Shown: piece after piece, positions 54,290 to 64,000 of the stretch
Layout: each line of letters begins with the position of its first letter
Position numbering within the stretch: the first letter of the stretch is position 1
Source: Vicugna vicugna
Taxonomy: Eukaryota
DNA length: 64,000 nt
Direction of reading: 5' to 3'
NCBI GenBank assembly: GCA_013265495.1
Contig: MU058039.1
Location: 64,591-128,590 of the forward strand
Notes under the pieces: generated by a model
What the model saw: only the letters and a program-made list of their open reading frames with translations
Databases searched by the model: none
Told to the model about the DNA's origin: nothing
Translations under genes and position numbers: made by a program

Positions 54290-55660
54290 CCTGGTTTCTT
54301 CTTTGACCCTTTGGTTCTTTAGGAATATGTTGTTTAACTTACACATATTTGTGAGTTTTCTAAATGTTTTCCCATTATTGATTTCTAATTTCATTCCATT
54401 GTGTTCAAAGAACATAAACTTTGCATTTTTTCTATAATTTTAAATTAATGAAGATGTGTTTTATGGCCTAGCATATGTTCTATCCTGGAGAATGTTCCAT
54501 GTACTTGAAAGTTCCAATATACTTGAAAAGACTATATATTCTGTTGCTGGCTAGAGTGTTCAGTATGTGTTTGCTAGGTCTAGTTGGTTTATAGTTTTCT
54601 TCAGGTCTTCTGTGTCCTTGTTGATCTGCTTAGTTGTTTGATCTGTTGTTGAAGATGAGGTATCAAAGTCTCCAATTATTGGGTTTCAAAGTCTCCAACT
54701 TTCATTATTAAATTATCTACTTCTCCCTTTGTTTCTGTCAGTTTTTGTTTCATGGATTGTAGTGCTCTGTTACTCAATGCATCTGTCTTTATAAACATTA
54801 TACCTTACTGGTGGGTTGACCCTCTTATCATTGTAAAATGTCCCACTTTATCTCCAGTAGCAGATTTTGTTTGAAGTATATTTTGTCTGATGCTAGTATA
54901 GCCACCCCGGCTTGCTGTGATTACTGTTCGTGTGCTGTGAATATCTTTTTCCATCTTTTAACTTACAAACACTTTGTATGTTTGAATCTGCAGTGTGTCT
55001 CCTGCAGATAGGGACTAGCTGACCCATAATTGTTTTTTTAAATCTAGTCTGACGACTTTTACCCTTAGATTGAATTTTTAAAAACATGCACATTTAATGT
55101 TGATGTAGTTGCACTCACGTGTGTCATTTTACTTACATTTTCTATATGTCTCACGTCTTAGTTCTTCTATTCCTCTTTTAGTTTTCTCTGCATTAAGTGG
55201 GTATTTTCTAAGGTAGCATTTTAGTTTCTTTAATAATTTTTTCATTATTTGAGTTCAATTTTTGCTTGCTTTGAGGCTTCCCAAATACATCTTATTTAAA
55301 TCAGCATTCAATTTATACTAGCTTAATTCTAGTGATACATAGAAACCTTACTACTTAATAGCTCTATTTGCTTTCTTCCTTTTTTTGTCTCGTTATTGTT
55401 ATGCATGTTACATCTATTAATGTGACAAGCTCATCTGTAATAATTTACCCTCTGTAACAGTTTACTTTACCGTCTGTAATAATTCCCTAACTCCAATATA
55501 GCTTCGCTCTTACTTTCTTTGTGCCATTATTGGCATGAAGTGTATACACGTTATATTTCTAAGTTACAGGCCCAGCGATTCATTATATGCACGCTATTTA
55601 GTATGACTGCATTTTAAGTCAGTTAAGAGAGGAAAGGAGAAAAATATGCTGTTAAAAATA
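54290..55660 (-). mobile_element. Old L1 ORF2 N-terminal / inter-ORF fragment
   Basis: EHNGMKLEINN...KLNNIFLKNQRVKEE in ORF 54209-54415. Confidence 0.8.
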
Positions 55661-55815
55661 ATAATTTATATGTTTATTTATTTAATTGAAGTATAGTTGA
55701 TGTATAATGTCATGTGTTACAGGTGTACAGTATAGTGATTCAGTTTTTAATGGTTCTATTCCATTCATAGTTATTATAAAATATTGGCTGTATTTGCTGT
55801 GTTGTACAATATATT

Positions 55816-55949
55816 CTTTTCTCTTTTTTTTTGTAGGGAGGCAGTAATTAGGTTTATTTATTTATTTATTTTTAACAGAGGTACTGGGGATTGAATCCAG
55901 GACCTCGTGCATGCTAAGCATGCACTCTACCACTGAGCTGTACCCTCCC
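55816..55949 (-). mobile_element. tRNA-Ala-like SINE nested in a minus-strand L1 3' end (~55670-56095)
   Basis: Reverse-complement A/B boxes (ctctaccactgagct; ggggattgaatcc), (ttta)n tail. Confidence 0.88.
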
Positions 55950-56961
55950 TGCCTTGTAGTTTATTTTATACATAGTAGTTTGTCCCTCTTAATTCCCTGC
56001 CTCTAAATTGCCCCTCCCCCTTACCTCTCCCCACTGGTAACCAGTAGTTTGTTCTCTATATCTGTGAGTCTGTTTCTGTTTTGTTATATTCACAGACTGT
56101 ACAACACCAAGAGCAAAAGAACTTGACATAAACTATGGACTTTGGGTGACTATAATGTGTCAATGTAGGTTCATCAGTTGTATGAAATGTACCATTACGG
56201 TGGAGGATGTTGATAATGAGGGAGCTGATGCAATGTGAGGAAGGTTGTGGGGGCAGGGGTTATATGCGAAACCTCTGTACTTTCCCCTCAGTTTTGCTGT
56301 GAATCTGAAACTGCTCTAGAAAATGGGTAGGTGTTTTTGGTTTGTTTGTTTGTTTAAGTGTAGCAGGGATTGTCTCCAGGGAGGAGAGGGAAACTTGTCA
56401 CTATATGTACTTTTACACATGTAGACACATAGTATGTGTAATACTTTTTCAAAAATAAAAAATTAAAATTCTTAGAAAAAAAAGGCTATTTGAACAAAAA
56501 GGAATTTAGGAAAATGATAGTTTAGACAGCAAATTTACAAAAATGAAGAGTCTTTTTATATTAGCCATAACTGAATTAGGAAATTAATGGAGGAGAACAG
56601 TTTCTATTCACAAAAGCAACAAAAATATCCAACACATTGCCTTGAACCTAAGAAAAAACATGCAAGACTTTTAAAAAGAATATAACAAAACTCCCTAAGA
56701 GACAAGAACATTACCCATTGTTCTCAGATTTTAAGAGATGATTTAAAGTTCCAGGTGTCTTTGGAACAATATAAAATGGTTTTAAGCTAAGAATCATTAT
56801 GGAAAAATCGATGTTCCAGAACTGACTGGAAAAATTCATGTGCATAACACATGTAAATTTTTATCAGTGCCAAGAATATACTGTTTGTAAAGTACATGAG
56901 CATTTAGTAAGCGCTTACGTTCATCACTCTCCATGTGTTGTGGATTTTAGATCTAGATAGC

Positions 56962-57072
56962 TTTTTTAAAATTTTTATTTTATTTATTTATTTTTAATGG
57001 AGGGACAGGGGATTGAACCCAGGACCTTGTGCGTGCTAGGCACGCGCTCTACCACTGAGCTATACCCTCCCC
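56962..57072 (-). mobile_element. tRNA-Ala-like SINE, short-tail form
   Basis: ggggattgaacccagg...ctctaccactgagctataccctccc; lacks the cctaattacctccc 3' segment. Confidence 0.88.
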
Positions 57073-59579
57073 AACCAGGTAGTTTTTTGTACTGAGTTAG
57101 AAGTGCAAAAGAACAGTATAAAAGATAGTAATAGTAGTAAAATCTCGTTTATAAATCAAGAAGTGGTGGACTGTGTCAGGGCCCTTTGGCATTTTTCAGA
57201 GTACTTACTTTTTAAAGGCTTTCATTACAAATGTTAATGAACACAAGGCAGTTAGATAATTTTTGTAAGTCTAGAAAAGATAGAAGAAACTCATAATTCT
57301 ACCAGTTTTCAATGAAAAAATAGAAAGTAGAAAGTGAAAGGGCCCCCATTTCTCCAAAAGTAACCATTGTAAACAACTTGTTTCTTTCCAGAAATTTTTT
57401 TTGCATTTGTTCCTAAACCCACACATAGATGTACATACGGTTTTTGAAGTGAAAATGTTAATAATCTGCAACTTGCATTTTTTTGTTTAAACATTGTAAC
57501 ATGGATTTCTTTCTGAGGTTATCTTCTCTTTAAATTTATAATGTTATCTTCTCTTTAAAGAAAATTTTAAAACTGCATGTTATTGCATAACTTTGCTAAC
57601 TACAGTTTTTAAGAATCACTGTAACTTTTAAAATTTTGCAAAAATTTTTAAGTGAGATGTAAATTGTGTACAATAAATTGCATAAATCTTAAGGTACCTT
57701 GATGAATTTAAACATACACATATACACAACATTGAAATCACCACCAAATAATTATGCAGAATATTCTGTCACCTTACAGAGTTCCCTTTGTGCCCATTCC
57801 CAGTCAGTTTCCACCATAAGCAACCACTGTTTCTGATTAATTTTGCCTATTCTAGACTTGTGTAACTACAGTTTGTACTCCCTTCACTCAGCGTAATATC
57901 TCTGAGATTCATCCAACTGTCACCTTAACGTTTAGTTTTTCACTTCTTATTCCATAGTTTGTTTTAAAACAAAATAGCATAATATTTCACTTGTTAAAAA
58001 TAGTGGAATATAATTGGATATAAAGTTGAACATGAAATTATTCTGTGTCCAATTTCCCATCCAATGCTTTGAGAATCATTTACACTTATGTAAAATAGTC
58101 ATACTTTAAGAACACTTACAGAAGTGAATCTTAACAGAGTTTGGCTGCCTTTGTAAAGTTATACTAAAGTTGTCTGTCTTTGTCAATATATACAGAACTG
58201 CCTTATTCTTTAGCAGATATTTGGTATTGTGTGGTCCAGTGTGAATACACTTTCAGTGTCACAAATGTGACTACAATAAACATCTCTGCACTCATATCTT
58301 CATGCTCTTGTACAAGTCTTACATGTAGACTCGAAACTATGGGACCAAAGGTGTTCTGTACATTAAAAAAACATTTTTTTAGTGATCTGAATTTTTTGTA
58401 TTGAGGATTGACATATTATAAATTGCACATATTTACAGTGTTCAATTTGATATATTTTGACATTTTTATACATTCATGAAACCATCATCTCAGTCAAGAT
58501 AATGAATGTATCTTATCACCCCCAAAAGTTTCCTTGTTCACTTTTGTAACCCCTGCCTCCTAACCCTCCCTGCCCCTTCAGTTTGATGGATACCATCAAA
58601 TTGCTCCCCCTAGAAGACTGTACCTACTTATGTTCTAACAGCACATGAGACTGATCATTTTCCCATGGCCTCACAGGTGATAAGGTTTTCAGATTTTAAA
58701 ACACTTACTGGTCTAATAGCAAAAAAGAGGAATTCAAGAATTTCACTGGTTTGCCTTTTGAGAATTGCGGATTTATATCCCAAAGTGGGAGAATTCCAGG
58801 AAAGCTTCACAGAAGAGGCAGCATTTGCTGCCCTGGGGCTTGATCAACCTGTGAAGCTACAGTCCTGAGAAAGTCAGAGCTGGGGCCCCCTAGGAAGTGG
58901 GGTCATGTCTTGTACACAGTGGGTGCTTAGTAAATGGTTATCACCTTCACTGTGCTTTAGTTTAGTTAGCTGTGCTCTCACTTAAATAGAGAAGCCCAGG
59001 ACCCAGCCTGAAGTCTGGGCTGCTGGGACATCTCTCCTGCTACAGGAACAAAGCAGCTGCCTGAGCATGAAGGCCGCGGGACGTCCCCCACGAGTTCCAC
59101 CTTTGGCAGAGACAACACCTCCTGAAACTCCCTCTGGATGTTCCAGGTGGAGTTTGGACAGGCTGCAGAGAGTTTCCCCCAGCAGAGCCACTGGGGCTCA
59201 GGGGATTGCCTTCCTAACAGGGAGGGCAAGATGTGGGAACATGTAGAAGCTGGAGCCACCTCAGAGTCTAAGGGGAACGGTGAGAGTTAAATTGTTACCG
59301 GGCACTTAGTAGGTATTCAGTAAATTTTTGGAAAGAGGGAGGGAAAATGTGTCTGGGTGGAAGGACCACCTGTAAAAGTAGAAAGAAAAAGCTTTGTCGG
59401 GGAGGGCATGGCCGGTAATGGTAAACAAGGACCCGTGTTACCAGCTGAATACAACGTGCCCCCTTCTCCCTTCCTGGTAACTTAGATGCTCAGTGAGTCA
59501 GGTTCACTTTTCACTGCTTCTTTCTTCTTCCCCAGCACTGCCTTCTGAGGGCTCTGCCCTTCTTCAGGAAGAGGAGGAA

Positions 59580-59594
59580 ATGCCCAAATTACAG
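59580..59594 (+). CDS. Candidate start exon B of third KRAB-ZNF (MPKLQ; exon 59536-59594)
   Basis: Long pyrimidine tract + cag at 59535; ATGCCCAAATTACAG|gtaagt consensus phase-0 donor. Confidence 0.7.
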
Positions 59595-59739
59595 GTAAGT
59601 TAGAATCCACCTTCTCTCCCTGGAAATATCACCGACACACCTCCTGTTGATACTGGGGAAAGAGAGCAAAATAACGCATATATTGTGCTGGCCCTGGGCT
59701 AGACATATACTACTCCAGTTTCTCAAAAAATAGCTGTCT

Positions 59740-60640
59740 GAGCCCTTCTGGTAGGAGTGTAAAATGCTATAATATACTTTGGACAACAGTTTCAGAGTTT
59801 CTTGTAAAATTAAGCACACACTTATCATTGACCCAGAAATCCCAATATTATTATTTACCCAGAAGAACTGAAAATAAATGTCCACCCAAAAACCTGTATG
59901 TCTGTTCATTAGCAGCTGTGTTCATAATAGCCTCACACTAAAAACAACCCAAATGTCCATCAGGTGATAAATGGACAATAAAAAGTGTGTTAATCCGTAT
60001 AATTAAGAACTACTCAGTAAAAAAAAAGGAACAAATTACTGATACTTATAATAGCATGAATAAATCCCAGAAGCATTATGCTGAGAGAGATAACCAGACA
60101 CAAAAGTGCTATGTGTGTCCACTTATATGAAATGCTAGAACAGGCTAAATTTACTTATAGTGACAGCAGATCAGTGGTTGTTGAGAGGAGGGACTGGGGG
60201 CCGGGATCCGCTGGGAGCAGATAGCACAAAGGAACTTTCTGGAGTGATGGAAATGATCTAGATCATGATTGGTATGAGTTACACAGGGATATTCTTTTGT
60301 CAAAACTCATCAACTGGTACACTAGAGAGCTTGTTTGGAGGTTCTAGCAGGGGAGCGCAGCTACTCGTATACCCTTGACCAAGAAGAACGGTCCTCCTCC
60401 TCAGGGATGGTTGTTCTCTTTGACCAAGCTCGCAGCTTCGGGAAGGATGCACATGGAGCCGTGAGGGAGGAAGGGGACATCCACCCAGCCAGCCAGATCA
60501 GCCGAATCAACCCTGGCGATCAGTGGGGTGACAGATGTCACAGCCAGATTGCCCTCATATCCCATCAACCGGTACACTTAAGATTCATGTAATTCACTGT
60601 ATATTTAACCTCAGTTAGAAAAAAAATTGTAAACAGAAAC
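59740..60640 (+). mobile_element. Old L1M 3' end hosting the 7SK retrocopy
   Basis: gacccagaaatccca...aaacaacccaaatgtccatca...ggaactttctggagtgatggaaatg motifs. Confidence 0.75.
60325..60562 (-). pseudogene. RN7SK: 7SK snRNA (RN7SK) retropseudogene, 3'-truncated (~first 240 nt)
   Basis: Reverse complement reads GGATATGAGGGCAATCTGGCTGTGACATCTGTCACCCCACTGATCGCCAGGGTTGATTCGGCTGATCTGGCTGGCT...GAACCTCCAAACAAGCTCTC; 16-bp TSD catcaac(t/c)ggtacact; many CpG-decay changes. Confidence 0.95.
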
Positions 60641-61248
60641 AACATTAAAAAAAAACAACTCAACTCGATATTGAGGACATACCTATTTTAAGAGAAGAGG
60701 AAAGAGGATCAGAGAAGGTAATTTTTTTTTTTACCCAGAATCATCTGTTTGACCTCTTCAACTTTGCAGAAAGCACCATGGAGGCTGGCTTGACATTCTC
60801 TTGCCCTCCGTGTGTTCCCATCATCCCCACGTTGTGAGTTACCAGTTCTTTGTAAGCTCTCTTATCCTCATTCTTTATTTGACAGGCTTAATATTTGTGC
60901 TGAAAATCGGCCAGAGACCAGGCTGCTGGGGTTTGACACCTATCTGTTGTCTGATCCTTGCTCCCTCCCAGATTCCCCCTCAGAGCTGTTCTGTGCCTTC
61001 CCCTCTCTTTTCATGCTTCGAGCAACCCCCTTTCCAGGAGGGAACCCCCTCTGCCCCACAGTGGTAGCCACTATTCTGACTTCTAGTATTGTAGGTTAAT
61101 TTCACCTGGTTTTGAACTTCTCAAGTAGAATCAAGAGTACACACAGTAAATACTCTTTTGTGCCTGGCTTTTTTCAACATTATATTTCAATATTATGACC
61201 TATCTTGTTGCATATATTTGTAACTTGTTCATTTTCATTTCTGTGTAT

Positions 61249-61745
61249 CAGTAGTTTCTAAAACTTTTTGGTTTCAGGACGCTTTTACACATTTAAAAAC
61301 AGCTTTTGTGTTGTGGCTTATCCGTATTACTATATTAGAAGTTCAAATGAACAAAAATTTAAAATGTCTATAAATCCATTCAAAAATTAATCCATTACAC
61401 GTTAATGTCAAATTTTCTGAAAAATACTTAATTTTTAAAACAAAAAAAATTTAAAGAGAAGAATGGAGAAGTTTCACATTTTTGCTGATCTCTTTAATGT
61501 CTGACTTAATAAAAGATAGCTGGAATGTCATCTGTTTCCACATTTTCTCTGTTGCAGGGTCATATGTCATATAAACATCTAAAAAGTTCCTCTGTATAGT
61601 TGTAATAGAATGAGAGTAAATAAATCCAACAATATCTTAGAATTACTGTGAAACTAATTATTTACTTTACAGACCCCCCCCTTCCCGCCCGACAGGGTCT
61701 TAGGGAACCTCAGGGGTCCCTGAACCACACTTTGAGAACTGCTAC
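61249..61745. mobile_element. Internally deleted Charlie1-like hAT element
   Basis: Ends cagtagtttctaaaactttttggtttcaggac... and ...accacactttgagaactgct. Confidence 0.7.
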
Positions 61746-62420
61746 TGAATATTGGTCCTTCATGTGACGGTTCACATGTCCTTTCTACTATGGGTGCGTG
61801 AGTGGGGATTTTGGGTCCGTAATAAACGTTGTTAATACATAATCCTGTGAAGGAGGTTTCCTAGATAGCATTCCTCATTAACCAAAGAGTCCAGGTTCTT
61901 GATTTATGTCTTGCTCCTTCCTGCGCAACTGTCCACTCACTTTTCTTGCCAACTGGAATTCTCCACCTGCCTTCCCTCTTTGCACATTTTAACCATCTCA
62001 CAGGGCTAGGACCTGGCTTTCTCCATGGTACCTGCCCTCATGGCCCCAGTCCACCCTGGACTCTTCCTTTTCTAGACCCTTCCCTGAGGAAATCTCAAGT
62101 TTATTCTAATTCATAGACTTGTGTGTGAACAGTACCGCTGGAACTGTGTAGCTTTTGGTGTACTTTGGTTGAAGTTTGAGTCTTCTCACCAAAGAAACTT
62201 TTAAGGACTGAAGAGTTTTTTAAAATGTGCCTCACTTATCTTTTCCATCTTCTGTGTGATATAATACAACCAGATGCATGGATGCATGCCTAAGTTAGGA
62301 CCCTCAGGACACTGGAACCTGCCAGAACCCCTTGCAGATGTCAGAATTTACTGGTACTTGCCAGCTGCATTACTCTGTGGGAATGGGTATGTCTGAGGGT
62401 GACTGTGTTTGTTGTTTTAG

Positions 62421-62684
<264 letters not shown>

Positions 62685-63601
62685 TAAAAATACCTGAGAT
62701 GATGATTAGAAATGCCAGTTCCTGTCCAAATTAAAGGAGACTAAAGAGATAAGACAACTAAATGTGGCATGTTAGCCTAGATAAAAAATATTGAAGAAAA
62801 GAGCACTAAAGGGGACATATTTGCAACAATTGGCATCGTTTGCAAATTAACTGTGGACTAGATAGTAATACTGTGTCCATGTTAAGTTTCCTGATTTTGA
62901 TGACTGTACTGCGGTTACAGAAAAGAATGTCCCTGTTCTTAGGAAATGTACACTGAAGAATTCAGTCAGAGACCCACAGGCCTGTAACTTCCTCTCAGAT
63001 GGTTTAGAAAAGAATTGTGTGTGTGTGTGTGTGTGTATGGAGAGAGAGAGCGAACATAAAGTAAATGGACCAAATATTAACAACTGGTGAGTATGGATTA
63101 GGGTTCCTTGGGCCTTCTGTGTATTATTACTCTTGCCATTTTTCTCTAAAATAAAAGATTATCCAGAAAAACCTATATCCCTAGGTTCCATCACAAGGGC
63201 TACTGAGTCAGTGGATTTGGGATGGAGTCTGCATTTTTGACAAGTCTCTTCAAACCACACTTTGGGCAGTGCTCCTCCAGTGGACGCAGAATCATTACGG
63301 CCTGTTCAGCCCATGAGAGTTAGTACGGGTGTATATGACCAGCGGGCCTCTTCACCAAAGTCCCCAGAAACTCCTAGAACTTTTGCTTTTAGGAAAAATA
63401 TTTCTTTGTTCATTTGTCTCTGTGTGTGTGTGTGTGTGTGTATGTAAGTAAATGTGAATCGTGATATTCATGCGTAATGGTTTTATTCATCTTTCTCAGT
63501 CTTCCGAGGACCTTCATGAATACCAAGGGATACGATTTGCCTGGAGGGAGGGTCCTTGTCCACATCACAGTGCCCTAATCCACGTCTTTCCCCTCAAGCA
63601 G

Positions 63602-63691
63602 GACATCTGCTGTCCAAACCAGAAATGATTTCCCATTTTGAACAAGATGATGTGTGGTTGGAGTTAAAAATACCAAGAAGCTCCTATTCAG
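63602..63691 (+). CDS. KRAB-B exon of third KRAB-ZNF gene (finger exon beyond window)
   Basis: 90 nt, cag|GA...TCAG|gtgag; (G)HLLSKPEMISHFEQDDVWLELKIPRSSYS, a diverged KRAB-B. Confidence 0.8.
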
Positions 63692-64000
63692 GTGAGAACC
63701 AGTCAGCCAGGAGTAAATGGCATTGATAACCCTATGAATCCAGGAGGGCATGGGTAGCAATTTTAAAAATACATATTATTTTACTTTTTATGCTGACAAT
63801 GGAAAATGTTTAACTATTTATTTGACTGGGGTTAAATATCTTTTTTAATAAAAGCATTAAATTCCCAGGCTCCTCAAATGCACTTGAAATCAGCCTTACC
63901 ATCTTATTGGTTCTTCGATAAAGCTTTTGACAAATAGTCACTCCATATTTGTATGAAAGTCATGTTTTTAATTTTTTGATAATTTATGCTTTGACAGCCA

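Noticed and set aside
60325..60562. Functional 7SK gene, or ORF 60335-60592
   Set aside because: 3'-truncated, mutated, TSD-flanked and embedded in an L1; the ORF is just its antisense reading.

Overview
Mammalian (eutherian) genomic DNA from a KRAB C2H2 zinc-finger gene cluster. It is not prokaryotic, and I see no CRISPR array, rRNA or true tRNA gene. Six copies of a tRNA-Ala-like SINE resembling camelid vic-1 suggest a camel/alpaca-type genome (inference). Three genes are present. (1) A ZNF585A/B orthologue on the minus strand: promoter ~18.2 kb, coding exons 15581-15649, 6718-6844 and 2671-2763, and a zinc-finger exon running off the left edge. (2) A complete ZNF383 on the plus strand: promoter ~22 kb, coding exons 32083-32091, 34814-34940, 35251-35346 and 39422-40617, giving 475 aa with 11 fingers. 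(3) The 5' part of an unidentified plus-strand KRAB-ZNF gene (CpG island ~50.4 kb, KRAB-A 62421-62547, KRAB-B 63602-63691). Gene names come from my recall of the human proteins, not from a search. The remainder is mostly interspersed repeats: L1, L2, MIR, MaLR/ERV LTRs, a near-full Tigger2-type transposon, hAT elements and a 7SK retrocopy. I found no clearly new biological system. The best leads are a hidden open 143-codon ZNF81-like linker with three in-frame acceptor sites in ZNF585, a TSD-flanked 'mini-L1' made of 5'UTR fused to the 3' end, a tailless internal L1 endonuclease fragment nested in a SINE, a tailless 7SK retrocopy, a perfect 50-bp inverted duplication in a ZNF383 intron, and two frame-incompatible start exons in the third gene. 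Old-repeat boundaries and subfamily names are approximate.
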